DNA of 64,000 nt from an uncultured Bacteroidales bacterium (GCA_964447005.1 CAYUQP010000009.1:38752-102751), one strand, 5' to 3'. Counted from the first letter of the stretch, positions 37,524-47,508 are shown. The notes: generated from the letters alone by a model not told the origin. Program-made: numbers and translations.

Positions 37524-38651
37524 TTATTGGTTAATAACTGATTTAACTCTTTCGTGGACAATTTCCTTATTGAAGGTTACGGCGGTCCCTTTCACGAGAT
37601 CATCATCCCAGTTGAGGTTCATGCCGCCTTCCGGCGTAATGATGAGCTTGAGGAAATTGATTACATTTTTGCCGAACATCCGGCTGGCATCGGTCGGGAT
37701 ATCCGAGGGGAACAATGAGTTGCCGATGACCTTGACACCGTTATGAACGATGGTTTCGCCGTTTTTGGTAACCTCGCAGTTGCCCCCGGTGGAAGCGGCC
37801 AGGTCGATGATCACCGAGCCCGGCACCATGGCTTCGACGGTTTCCTTTCTGATGAGCAGCGGGGCGCGCCGGCCGGGGATCTGTGCCGTGCAGATGATCA
37901 CATCGCTTTTAATGGCCTGGTCATGGACCGCTTTGGCCTGGCGCTGTTTGTACTCCTCCGACTGTTCCACCGCGTAGCCGCCGGCCGCCTTGTCGTCAGT
38001 TGCGCCTTCCACATCGACGAATCTGGCGCCCAGTCCGACCACTTCTTCCTTCACGGCTGCCCGCACGTCAAAAACATAGACCACCGCCCCGAGCTTTCGC
38101 GCGGTGGCGACAGCCTGCAGCCCTGCTACCCCGGCGCCCAGGATGAGCACGTTTGCCGGCTTGATGGTGCCTGCTGCCGTCATGAACATGGGAAAGAACT
38201 TCGGCAGGGTATTGGCTGCGGTAAGCACCGCTTTATAGCCTGCTGCCGTCGCCTGCGACGAAAGTATATCCATAACCTGGGCACGGGTCGTGCGCGGGAT
38301 GACGTCGAGACTGAACGAGGTGATGTTTTTTGCAGCCAGTTCTTTTACCAGCTCAATGTTGAAATAAGGGTTCAGCACGGCGATCAGCACCTGGCTGTCT
38401 TTCAGCAGATTGAGCTCCGCTTTGTCGGGCGGGTTGATCTGGATGACCAGGTCGGAAGAAGCGATGGCTTTTTCCCTGGATTCGATCCGGGCCCCGGCTT
38501 TTTCATAGTCCGCATCGGAAGCATACGAAAAAGCCCCGGCGCCTTTTTCAACGAGTACCGTGGCATTCATTTTCACCAGCGCAGCGACACCTTCCGGCAG
38601 AAGGGCCACACGGTTCTCGCCGGTAATTTCTTTTAGTAAACCTATTATCAT
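37524..38651 (-). CDS. pntAA: NAD(P) transhydrogenase subunit alpha, part 1 (AlaDH/PNT NAD-binding domain)
   Basis: VLILGAGVAGLQAVATARKLGAVV Rossmann motif. AlaDH/PNT N- and C-domains. 375 aa. Confidence 0.9.
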   Translation of the reverse strand: MIIGLLKEITGENRVALLPEGVAALVKMNATVLVEKGAGAFSYASDADYEKAGARIESREKAIASSDLVIQINPPDKAELNLLKDSQVLIAVLNPYFNIELVKELAAKNITSFSLDVIPRTTRAQVMDILSSQATAAGYKAVLTAANTLPKFFPMFMTAAGTIKPANVLILGAGVAGLQAVATARKLGAVVYVFDVRAAVKEEVVGLGARFVDVEGATDDKAAGGYAVEQSEEYKQRQAKAVHDQAIKSDVIICTAQIPGRRAPLLIRKETVEAMVPGSVIIDLAASTGGNCEVTKNGETIVHNGVKVIGNSLFPSDIPTDASRMFGKNVINFLKLIITPEGGMNLNWDDDLVKGTAVTFNKEIVHERVKSVINQ

Positions 38652-38706
38652 GGCAGGAGGTTAAAGGGTTAAAATCCGGGCAAATTTAAAATAATATTAA
38701 GAGAAA

Positions 38707-40314
38707 TTAATTATCAAAATAAATCCATTTTCCATCCATTTCCTCCATGAAATGAACCACTGGCGGCCATAACGGCTTATGCAACGATTCCGACCAGTTA
38801 TCATGAATGCCAATGAGATCCCTGGCAAGCTTATTATCGGGTTGAAAAAGATTTGTAGTTTCATTGGGATCATCATTAATATTGAACAGCAGCGTATCGC
38901 CGAATTCACCATTCCAGATCACTTTCCAGTCGCCCGACCTGATGGCCCTGGTAGAACCGCGTTGCCAGAATAGTTCGCTGTGAGGTACGAGGCTGTCGTT
39001 ATTTAAATACGTAAGCAGGTTTTTTCCATCGACCTGCCTGGTTTCCGGCAATGGGCTACCGGTTGCCGCGGCGATGATGGGAAGGATATCCATCGCGCTG
39101 ACCGGCGGTGTGAAATTACTTCCGGCAGCAATCCTCCCGGGCCAGCTCATGAAAAAAGGCACTCTGATTCCCCCCTCGAAATCCGTGATCTTTCCCCCTT
39201 GCAACAGGCCGTTGTCGGTTGTATAAGTGTAAGTCGCACCGCCATTATCGCTTAAAAAGATCACCAGTGTATTTTCAAGAATTTCCTGACCTTTCAATTC
39301 ATTCAGCAAACGTCCAACCGCATCGTCGAGTTGTTTGATCATCGCATAATAGACCCTTTTAACCGGGTCCGGTTCGTCGTTGAACAGATCAACATATTCG
39401 TCCGGTGCCTGCAAAGGCGTGTGCGGGGCGTTGTACGAAGCAAAGAGAAAGAAAGGCTGGTCTTTGTGCTGACGGATAAATGCAATACTTTCTCTTGTGA
39501 TCGCATCGGTGAGGTGCTCTTTTTCATCGATGCTTTCATAATTCCGGAAAATGCCATTGGTATGGGTCCTGCCCCGTTTCCAGTTGTACTGGTCGGTAAA
39601 GTCTTTTTCGATCTTTTGATCGGTGATCCCCGGCGTTCCTTCGTGCGCATACATCGAATGCGCGTCGAAAAAGCCGTACTGGTAATCAAAGCCGAAAGCT
39701 GAAGGAAGGTTGCCGGGGTGTGATCCCGTGTGCCATTTTCCGATCAAAGCCGTAGCATAACCCCTGGCTTTGAGCAGGTCGGCGATGCTGATCTCAGATG
39801 GAGGGAGTCCCTGGCGTTCAATGTCATGCTTGCGCGGCACTTTATCCATCGGTCGGGCACGCCATATGTCGCTGGCCATGAAGTATTTGAAACCGAGGTA
39901 TTCCAGGCGGTTTCTTAGGTAGCGGTCGTGCATCTGGAATTCGAAGCCAAAACGCTGCGGGTAACGGCCGGTAAGCAGGGCGGCCCTCGAAGCACTGCAC
40001 ATCGGGGCGGCAACGTACGCCTGGCTGAACGCCACGCCGGCATTGGCAATGCCATCCATATTTGGCGTTTCAACCTTCTCTCCGCCATAAAACGACATGT
40101 CGTACAGGCCCAGGTCGTCGACCAGGATCAACACGATATTCGGCATGGAATCAGCAGGGTTGGCTTTCGGGATGTCATCGAGGAATTTCCGTTTGTCTTT
40201 TATTGCCGCTTCATCCCAGTTAATCGCGAAATCCTTTGATCTCAGCGGCCAAAGGAGGAAAGTGAGCAGCCCGGCGAGTACAATCAGGGTAATAATGAGA
40301 GTTCTTTTCAGCAT
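38707..40314 (-). CDS. Sulfatase (Cys-type, formylglycine-dependent)
   Basis: Signal/TM leader. NIVLILVDDLG. The CSASRAALLTGR (C-x-A/P-x-R) FGly motif. GKWHTG. Confidence 0.85.
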   Translation of the reverse strand: MLKRTLIITLIVLAGLLTFLLWPLRSKDFAINWDEAAIKDKRKFLDDIPKANPADSMPNIVLILVDDLGLYDMSFYGGEKVETPNMDGIANAGVAFSQAYVAAPMCSASRAALLTGRYPQRFGFEFQMHDRYLRNRLEYLGFKYFMASDIWRARPMDKVPRKHDIERQGLPPSEISIADLLKARGYATALIGKWHTGSHPGNLPSAFGFDYQYGFFDAHSMYAHEGTPGITDQKIEKDFTDQYNWKRGRTHTNGIFRNYESIDEKEHLTDAITRESIAFIRQHKDQPFFLFASYNAPHTPLQAPDEYVDLFNDEPDPVKRVYYAMIKQLDDAVGRLLNELKGQEILENTLVIFLSDNGGATYTYTTDNGLLQGGKITDFEGGIRVPFFMSWPGRIAAGSNFTPPVSAMDILPIIAAATGSPLPETRQVDGKNLLTYLNNDSLVPHSELFWQRGSTRAIRSGDWKVIWNGEFGDTLLFNINDDPNETTNLFQPDNKLARDLIGIHDNWSESLHKPLWPPVVHFMEEMDGKWIYFDN

Positions 40315-40367
40315 CCATTCAGATTTGGGGGGCTAAAATAGGATTTTATAATTTAGCTGCCTGAAAC

Positions 40368-40718
40368 ATGATAAAAATGGAATGGTTTGAAAAACTCGAC
40401 GGCAACGTCATCGTCTGTGATTCAGAAGGAATAATTATCTACATGAATGAAACGGCGATCCGGAATTATGAAAAGGACGGCGGTGCGGCACTGATCGGCA
40501 AAGACCTCATGGATTGCCACAATGAAACTTCGCGTAAGAAAATAATCGAGATTATGACAACCCATCAGAAGAATGTTTACACGATTGAAAAACGGGGCAA
40601 GAAGAAAATTATCTACCAAACCCCGTGGATGGACAGTGATGTGTTTAAAGGGATCGTGGAATTATCGCTGGAGATACCTTTCGAGATGCCGCATTTTAAA
40701 AGAGACTGCCCTTGTTAA
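40368..40718 (+). CDS. Small PAS-like domain protein
   Basis: 116 aa. ...VIVCDSEGIIIYMNETAIRNYEKDGG...GKDLMDCH... resembles a single PAS fold. Weak. Confidence 0.4.
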   Translation: MIKMEWFEKLDGNVIVCDSEGIIIYMNETAIRNYEKDGGAALIGKDLMDCHNETSRKKIIEIMTTHQKNVYTIEKRGKKKIIYQTPWMDSDVFKGIVELSLEIPFEMPHFKRDCPC

Positions 40719-40833
40719 AAATTTGTTAAATATCGGTCAGCCAGTCGCTTTGGCTGATTTCTCTGATATTTCCTCTTATTTTTGTCCTGATTATTTAGAA
40801 CCATTCTTAATAACAAGCAAATCTATATCGGTT

Positions 40834-42699
40834 ATGAAATTGCAGATACTAATCGCCTGCACGATCCTGCTGGCCATAAATCTCCCGGCTTATTCGCAAA
40901 GTGTTATCGTATCGGAGAGCCCCAATCCCACGCCGGAACCTTCGGCCATCCTGGATGTGCAATCCACCACCAAGGGATTTCTCCCGCCGCGGCTGACATC
41001 TAATCAGAGGAACTCCCTGGCAAATCCTGCCACAGGCCTGGTGGTTTACGACACCGACATGCGCAAGTTGTATGTTTATGCCGGTGATTTCTGGACGCCG
41101 GTTATTTCGGGCGACCACTGGGTGCTGACGGAAGAAAACAATTTGATTTTCAACAATGGAGACATAGGTATCGGTACTGGATTTGACATTCCTTCAGCGC
41201 TGCTGCATGTGAATGGGACCGGAACGGGCGGAGGCAATGTGTTATTCAGCGGGGATTGGAAAAACACTCCTGGCCCGGCCCCGGTCATCAACGGAGGCAC
41301 CCGCTTAATGTGGTATCCTGACAAGGCGGCATTCAGGGCAGGACGTGTTTTGGGGGCCCAATGGAACACCGAAAACATAGGCAATTACTCATCCGCATCG
41401 GGCTATAATTCTACCGCATCCGGCCCGTATTCCAATGCCTGGGGATCTACAACCAACGCCTCAGGTTCTCAATCCTCCGCCTGGGGTTTCAATACGATCG
41501 CATCGGGAGCCAGTGCAACAGCATTTGGTGAAAGTACGACAGCACCATCTTTTGCTGAAACGGCTATTGGTTACAACAATACTATTTATACCCCTTCCAG
41601 TTCAACTACCTGGGTTGCCGAAGACCGGCTTTTTGTAATCGGTAACGGGTCAGCAGGCAGCAGCGATGCCCTGGTGATGCTGAAGAATGGAAATACAGGT
41701 TTGGGGATTTCTGAGCCCTTATATCGCTTTCATGCTGCCGGCAGCATATATGCCTCCACCTCCAACTGGGCCATCAGGGGCGTCAAGACCGGCACCACCG
41801 GGACATTTCCGGGGGTGTGGGGTGAAACGGAATCTGCATCAGCCAATGCGAGTGGCATCAGGGGATTTGTTAATAATACAGCTTCCGGGGCGGGTTCTGC
41901 CGGAGTGTATGGCAAGAATTTCAGCACCATAAATTCAAATTACGGTGTATTTGGAGAAGCCGTTTCAACGTCAGGCCGTGGGGTATATGGATATGCCTCT
42001 TCAGGGACCGGGACCACCTATGGCGTATATGGACATTCTGTCAGCGGTTCCGGAAGTGCAATTTATGGAATCAATACAAATAATGTAGGTGACGGAGTTA
42101 TTGGTGATGTAAGCGAATCTTATTTTGGAATTGCAGTCTGGGGGATCGGTCCCGCCGGAGGTGGCATTGGCGGGATGTTCACCGGGGATGTCGATGTATC
42201 GAGGAATCTATATGTGAGTGGAATGAAAAACTTTATGATCGATCATCCACTTGATCCAGCGAACAAAACACTTCTTCATTTCTGCATAGAAGGCCCCGAA
42301 CCTTATAATCTTTACCGCGGAACGGCCACCCTCGATGAAAGCGGATCATCATGGGTAACCCTTCCGGATTATTTCCATGCGATCAACATCGATTTCAGCT
42401 ACCAGTTAACGGCTGTCGGTGCGCCTATGCCCGATCTCCATATCGGGGCACCGGTCAGTGACGGGAAGTTCCTGGTCAGTGGGGGCGCCCCGGGTAAACA
42501 GGTTTGCTGGGAGGTGACGGCCCGTCGCAACGACCCCTGGGTACGCGATAATGGTTTCCAGACCGAAAGGCCTAAGCCCGAAGATGAACGGGGAACCTAT
42601 ATCTACCCGAAAGGTTATGGGCAGCCCGCTGAATTGCAAAGAGATTACAAACGAATCCAGCAAGCCAGGGGTGTGACTTCAAAAGAGATCAGCGATTAA
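40834..42699 (+). CDS. Secreted fibre/adhesin-like protein, paralog 2 of the N-terminal-module family. Gly/Ser-rich beta-helix repeats plus a conserved C-terminal IDHPLDP domain.
   Basis: Start at MKLQILIAC (40834) with signal peptide, not 40573. N-module SAILDVQSTTKGFLPPRLTSNQRNSLANPATGLVVYDTD. GVYG/GSG repeats. C-terminal NFMIDHPLDPANKTLLHFCIEGPEPYNLYRG. Confidence 0.6.
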   Translation: MKLQILIACTILLAINLPAYSQSVIVSESPNPTPEPSAILDVQSTTKGFLPPRLTSNQRNSLANPATGLVVYDTDMRKLYVYAGDFWTPVISGDHWVLTEENNLIFNNGDIGIGTGFDIPSALLHVNGTGTGGGNVLFSGDWKNTPGPAPVINGGTRLMWYPDKAAFRAGRVLGAQWNTENIGNYSSASGYNSTASGPYSNAWGSTTNASGSQSSAWGFNTIASGASATAFGESTTAPSFAETAIGYNNTIYTPSSSTTWVAEDRLFVIGNGSAGSSDALVMLKNGNTGLGISEPLYRFHAAGSIYASTSNWAIRGVKTGTTGTFPGVWGETESASANASGIRGFVNNTASGAGSAGVYGKNFSTINSNYGVFGEAVSTSGRGVYGYASSGTGTTYGVYGHSVSGSGSAIYGINTNNVGDGVIGDVSESYFGIAVWGIGPAGGGIGGMFTGDVDVSRNLYVSGMKNFMIDHPLDPANKTLLHFCIEGPEPYNLYRGTATLDESGSSWVTLPDYFHAINIDFSYQLTAVGAPMPDLHIGAPVSDGKFLVSGGAPGKQVCWEVTARRNDPWVRDNGFQTERPKPEDERGTYIYPKGYGQPAELQRDYKRIQQARGVTSKEISD

Positions 42700-42772
42700 T
42701 CATCTATTGGCTTATTGTTTTAAACACAAATTTGCTGATAGATACTATCCCCTACTGACAGCACAAATTGCT

Positions 42773-44542
42773 TTAGCGTCCTGAAAGCTCCTTTTCCAGG
42801 TTAGCCAGCTTTTCCATGAGCATGGCATTGGCCGCTTTCAGTTCTTCGATCTGGGCCTGCTGCTCCTGCATGCCTTTCACCAGCGGCACGACAAAATCGG
42901 CATAACGAAGGCCATACATGTCATTTTCATTTTTTGGCGCATCCACTCCGCTGAAACTGAAACCAAGATTCTCTGCTGCTGCTTCCACCTCCTGTGCGAT
43001 GAAACCCGTGGTGACCCCGGAGTATCTTTCTCCGGAAGAGAATTCCATACCGGGTTGCTGACTTCGAATCTCGGTGTGCCGCGCTGTTACCCCGGTAAAC
43101 TCGTTGAGCGCCTCCCGGTCGATCCGGTAGGTCACAGGCCTCAGTTGCGTGATAAAGCTCAGCCCAGGTATATTCTCATCGACATCTTCCTTGAACCTTC
43201 CGTCAGATAACGTGGTCCAGCCTACATTGCCACCAATAGAATTGACAAAGCTATTACCGATCCGCACCATATCTGTCGCTGTCGCCGTGGCGTCAGTCCC
43301 AATGCAGGTGGTATTGCTGATATTGTTGACACTGGGCCCGGTGTTATAACCCACCGCGGTATTCCAGGAACCGCTGGCGTTGGTGACCATGGAGTACGCT
43401 CCCATTGACGTGTTGAAGAACCCGGTATTGGTGTTGTAGGCTGATTGGAAGCCGGCAGCCGTATTGGAATATCCGATGGTATTGTTCAACAGGGCAAAGG
43501 TGCCGACTGCCGTGTTATTGATCCCGTTTGAAGTGGATGTGGGCTGGTTGTTATACAGCGCGCTCAGACCTACCGCCACGTTGTCTGAATTAAAAGTGGT
43601 GCCGGGGGTATAATTCTGAAGAGCCAGGGCATTCACGCCCAGGGCCGTGTTACGGCTGCCACGGGTGTTGATAACAAGGGAATTATAACCAGTACTTGTG
43701 TTCGAGCTACCATCGAAACTCCCGTTCTGAGAATAGTTTCCCACAGCCACGTTTGCCCAGCCGCTGGCATTGTTGTATAAGGCATTGAAACCCATCGCTG
43801 TATTATGATAACCCGTCCCGTTGTTGCGCAATGCATAACTTCCGATCGCGATATTTTTGCTACCATTACTGATGCTCATCGGCTGGTTGAGCAGTAAAGC
43901 TTCGGAACCCAGGGCAATGTTGTGACTGGGCCATGAATAGCCCGGATCGTAGCTTTGCATATACAATGCATAGTTACCTATGGAAATATTGGTGGAGGAT
44001 GCCTGGTTCGACAGGAGAGAATAGGTTCCAATCGCAATATTTTCGTAGCCAATGGTGTTGTTTTGCATGCTTTCAGAACCGACTGAGGTATTCCGTGCTT
44101 CGGTTGTATTGCCATTCAGCGCGTTTTGACCAAAAGCGGTATTGGAACCCTGGCTGGGATTTGGCAAAGCATTGTAACCAAAAGAAGTGTTGAAGAGCGC
44201 CGGAACAATACTACCTGAGTTGGTATTGTTAACCTTAAAATAGATCGGGACATTATCCGTGGTTCCGATAAAATTCGTACCCGCAACAGTGCCGGCATTT
44301 CCTGAAATGCCCCAGTAATCTGTGCCCCCGACCTTGGTCCATTGCGGTGTAGTTGTAGTTCCGGCGTTGTAATAAAATCCGGGATCACTATTCGTCTGAT
44401 AGATTATCAGGCCGGTGGCGGGGCTTGCAATAGCGTTGCGTTCCGTTACGGTCATTCGCGGGATAAGCACCCCTTTGTTATCGGATGAAATGTCGAGCAG
44501 CGCACTGTTGTCAGCGGTGGCATTGCTGCTATTGATGGCCAC
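42773..44542 (-). CDS. Tail-fibre-domain protein, paralog 3. Asn/Gly-rich triple-beta-helix-like repeats plus a C-terminal S74 intramolecular-chaperone (endosialidase chaperone) domain and coiled coil.
   Basis: N-module SALLDISSDNKGVLIPRMTVTERNAIASPATGLIIYQTN. Repeats NTA.G..AL..N. The C-terminal DGRFKEDVDENIPGLSFITQLRPVTYRIDREA...GFIAQEVE segment and the coiled coil are typical of Peptidase_S74 chaperone domains. The ORF as given starts at GTG. The upstream in-frame ATG (44614) is separated by a TAG. Confidence 0.65.
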   Translation of the reverse strand: MAINSSNATADNSALLDISSDNKGVLIPRMTVTERNAIASPATGLIIYQTNSDPGFYYNAGTTTTPQWTKVGGTDYWGISGNAGTVAGTNFIGTTDNVPIYFKVNNTNSGSIVPALFNTSFGYNALPNPSQGSNTAFGQNALNGNTTEARNTSVGSESMQNNTIGYENIAIGTYSLLSNQASSTNISIGNYALYMQSYDPGYSWPSHNIALGSEALLLNQPMSISNGSKNIAIGSYALRNNGTGYHNTAMGFNALYNNASGWANVAVGNYSQNGSFDGSSNTSTGYNSLVINTRGSRNTALGVNALALQNYTPGTTFNSDNVAVGLSALYNNQPTSTSNGINNTAVGTFALLNNTIGYSNTAAGFQSAYNTNTGFFNTSMGAYSMVTNASGSWNTAVGYNTGPSVNNISNTTCIGTDATATATDMVRIGNSFVNSIGGNVGWTTLSDGRFKEDVDENIPGLSFITQLRPVTYRIDREALNEFTGVTARHTEIRSQQPGMEFSSGERYSGVTTGFIAQEVEAAAENLGFSFSGVDAPKNENDMYGLRYADFVVPLVKGMQEQQAQIEELKAANAMLMEKLANLEKELSGR

Positions 44543-44781
44543 TCCTTGTGAATATCCCTGGTATATACAGAATAGACCAGTGGCTAGAAAAATAAAACGC
44601 TATTTAAGCTTCATGGTAAAATTTTTAAAAATGATGATCAGGGGAAGAAATTGCGGTAAAATTAAGTCCTCTTGCCGGATAAATTTGTTAATGAACTGTT
44701 AAATACATGAGTGAAGGCATCTAGCGTGCGTGTGCTACTTCAGGGAGATTTCCTTTGGCCGAAAGAAGCAAAATCATGAAA

Positions 44782-45684
44782 TTATTTGCGGTGGCTAAAT
44801 GACGATTTCCCCAGGATCAGCCACATCGGCCCGGCGATAGTCAAGGCCCCTCCGACAAGCTGGTATCCCAGGGGGAAGCGGCCAAAGACCAGGAAAGCGC
44901 CAATGAGCACGAAAAGGGCCGTAGTGCTCTGAATGATGGCCAGCCGCGTTGCTTCAATATATTTCAGCGCGCTGTACTGCCCTATGGACGTGAGAAACGG
45001 CCCGAGAAAAGAGCCGATCGCGATGTTTATTAAGGCACGCCATGGAATGACCGGGCTTTGTTTCAGAAACACAAGCATTATAATTGAAAGGGCCAGCAGG
45101 AAATAAGCCCTGTTGATAGCCAGGACGGTTGGAGAAAAATGATGGATATTGCTCTTGACCATAATGGTTCTGAAGCCGTAGAAAACAGTCGAAACCAGCA
45201 TCAGACCCGAGGTGCCGGTGAAATAAGACCCTGGAGCGGCCCCTCTGTTATAGCTGATCACCATCGCTCCCAGGAACGTGAGCGCCGCCCCGGCCGCTTC
45301 TTTTCTTGATAATTTTTCATGCAGCAGGAAAACGCCCAGCAAAGTGACAAAAATATATTCCATGTTTCGCAGGAACGACGGAATCGCCGGGTTGGCCGCC
45401 AGTTGTATTGCCGCGTAAAATGCGGTGGTGGCAATTAGTTCCAGCAGACCGATCGCAATTAGCATTTTATATGTCCCGGAAGCGATGCGGTGCAGTTTCG
45501 GAGTATTTGACGGCACGAGGGCGTATAAATAATTCCAGAACAACGCGAATGCAAACCAGTACACGCCAAATTGCGGCAAGGTAACCTGTTGAAAAGCAGA
45601 TTTGCTGAAGATATAAACCGTGGAGCCGGCTACTGTAGCCAGCAACGCAAGGGAATAACCTTTCAGTCGGCTGTCGGTGATCAC
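44782..45684 (-). CDS. DMT-superfamily (EamA-like) transporter
   Basis: 10 predicted TM helices in two EamA-like halves. 300 aa. Confidence 0.7.
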   Translation of the reverse strand: MITDSRLKGYSLALLATVAGSTVYIFSKSAFQQVTLPQFGVYWFAFALFWNYLYALVPSNTPKLHRIASGTYKMLIAIGLLELIATTAFYAAIQLAANPAIPSFLRNMEYIFVTLLGVFLLHEKLSRKEAAGAALTFLGAMVISYNRGAAPGSYFTGTSGLMLVSTVFYGFRTIMVKSNIHHFSPTVLAINRAYFLLALSIIMLVFLKQSPVIPWRALINIAIGSFLGPFLTSIGQYSALKYIEATRLAIIQSTTALFVLIGAFLVFGRFPLGYQLVGGALTIAGPMWLILGKSSFSHRK

Positions 45685-45906
45685 TGCATCTGCATTGAAG
45701 ACGCAAATGTAAGGTGTTTATTGAAGGAGAAGGTACCTGAGCGTATTACATCATTTGCGGGTATTTCCTAAATCGCTGTTATCACCTATTTAGAAACTAC
45801 TTTAACGCTCCGGAAAATTGTATCCATTAGTAATTTATTAACAATATTTTAACAAAATCTATTTTTTCTTTCGTATATTTTTACGGCGAAAAAACTATTT
45901 AAAGCA

Positions 45907-47019
45907 ATGAGACCCCGTTTCTTAATTGGATTGATCGTTATATTTCTCTATCCGTTCAAAGTCATGATGTCACAGGGAGTGGCCATTGCACCCGGGCAGA
46001 CTGTTCCGCATTCCAGTGCCCTTCTTGATGTGCAGGGAAACAGTAAAGGTGTGCTTATTCCCCGGCTCACCTATCAGCAACGTAATGCTATCCCGGAGCC
46101 TGCCAACGGACTCCTGGTTTTTTTGACTAACGACAGCTCATTCTATTATCATCATGGCGGCGTTTGGTTCAGGATACCGAATGACCAAAACGCGAGTGAA
46201 CTCTGGATCGACCAGAATGAGAACATTCTCAGCCGTAACAGCGCCAACCAGGCCATTACCGGCTCGTCCAATATCATCATTGGCAAGAATGCATTCCAGG
46301 ATAATGGGGGAGGCTCCAATTATGTCACTGCCATCGGATTTGAAGCAGCCAGAAATGATCAGACTATCGGAGACACCTATCTGACGGCCATTGGCTACAA
46401 ATCAGCTTACAGCAATAGCGGGAATGATGTAATAGCCCTGGGGTATGGAAGTGCATACAATAATAATAAGGATAACGTTATAGCCATCGGTAACCAGGCA
46501 GGAGCTGCAAATACGGGATTCCAACTGATGGCCCTCGGCGGACTTGCCGGCGCCAACAATTCAGGAGGATTCTTACATGCACTTGGAGCCACGGCCGGAA
46601 AAAACAACAGTGGATTGAGCGTTAACGCCTTCGGCGGTGGCGCTGCGGAATTCAACACCGGCAATTACGTCAATGCTTTCGGTAACCTCAGCGGGCGAAA
46701 CAATACCCATAACCACGTGAATGTGATAGGCGCTTTTATTGATGACGCGCCGCAGGACGAAGCCACCATCCTTACCGGTGACCTTTTTCTGCGGGATCCT
46801 TATTACACCGGGACTGACACCACCGGAAACAAGCTGCAGTTTCAAAACGGGACGACGCTGATGAGCCCGGCCGACAGTGTGCTACAGATCATCGACGTAC
46901 TCCGTCTGCCCCCTCGTAACAGTGCGCCTCCTACGCCTGTAAAAGGTATGATTTACTTCGACGATGCCCTCTCAAAACTTTTAGTCTGGGATGGAACGGC
47001 ATGGCAGTCCTGCTGGTAA
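45907..47019 (+). CDS. Secreted fibre-like protein, paralog 4. Gly/Asn-rich repeats.
   Basis: Signal peptide. N-module SALLDVQGNSKGVLIPRLTYQQRNAIPEPANGLLVF. Repeats of NxxAxG...G. The C-terminal KGMIYFDDALSKLLVWDGTAWQ resembles the conserved module tail. Confidence 0.6.
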   Translation: MRPRFLIGLIVIFLYPFKVMMSQGVAIAPGQTVPHSSALLDVQGNSKGVLIPRLTYQQRNAIPEPANGLLVFLTNDSSFYYHHGGVWFRIPNDQNASELWIDQNENILSRNSANQAITGSSNIIIGKNAFQDNGGGSNYVTAIGFEAARNDQTIGDTYLTAIGYKSAYSNSGNDVIALGYGSAYNNNKDNVIAIGNQAGAANTGFQLMALGGLAGANNSGGFLHALGATAGKNNSGLSVNAFGGGAAEFNTGNYVNAFGNLSGRNNTHNHVNVIGAFIDDAPQDEATILTGDLFLRDPYYTGTDTTGNKLQFQNGTTLMSPADSVLQIIDVLRLPPRNSAPPTPVKGMIYFDDALSKLLVWDGTAWQSCW

Positions 47020-47115
47020 CGTAACCTCGGAAATTTACAGTTGCCAAATGACAATGGACGATGATCCATGTAAATGGTCCATCGTCCATGTTCAATCGTC
47101 CATCGTCCATGTTTG

Positions 47116-47189
47116 TGGGCCCACCTGGGCTCGAACCAGGGACCTACTGATTATGAGTCAGTTGCTCTAACCGACTGAGCTATAGGCCC
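47116..47189 (-). tRNA. tRNA with CAT anticodon (elongator Met or lysidine-modified Ile2). No encoded CCA.
   Basis: On the minus strand the sequence reads GGGCCTA-TA-GCTCAGTCGGTTAGAGC-A-ACTGA-CTCATAA-TCAGT-AGGTC-CCTGGTTCGAGCCCAGG-TGGGCCC-A. The anticodon stem lacks the initiator 3xGC signature. The overall sequence is Ile-like. Confidence 0.85.
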
Positions 47190-47199
47190 GAACTTCGTG

Positions 47200-47318
47200 A
47201 TTTAACGATTTGCCGGTTTGTCGATTTAACGATTTGCCGGTTTGTCGATTTTCGATTTTCGATTGTCGATTGTCGATTTTCGATTTTCGATTTTCGATTT
47301 TCGATTGTCGATTTCGGG
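47200..47318. repeat. Tandem array of octamers gatttaac / gattttc / gattgtc (about 14 units) next to the tRNA
   Basis: Direct reading. Also (catcgtc)-type units at 47062-47112 on the other side of the tRNA. Confidence 0.75.
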
Positions 47319-47508
47319 AGTGCAAAAGTATAGAAATTATGGGAATGTATTTGCATTGTTGGAAGGAAGCTGTAAAAAAATCAACTGAAATGATAAATGA
47401 TTGATATCATCGGGAAGAACTGGCCCTCATGAAAGCGAAGGGAAGCGAGTAAGCGCGAGGAGCAAAAAATTCAGTCGCAGTGTGGCAACGAAAAAACAAA
47501 AAAAGAAA

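Noticed and set aside
36137-37534. Long antisense/alternate-frame ORFs (269, 260, 245 aa) overlapping pntB and pntAB
   Set aside because: They overlap strongly supported transhydrogenase genes. The translations are Arg/His/Gly-rich nonsense.
47116-47189. Integrated mobile element at the tRNA(CAU) next to the fibre-gene cluster
   Set aside because: There is no integrase, excisionase or direct repeat of the tRNA 3' end within the window. Only tandem simple repeats flank the tRNA. An island is possible but unsupported here.
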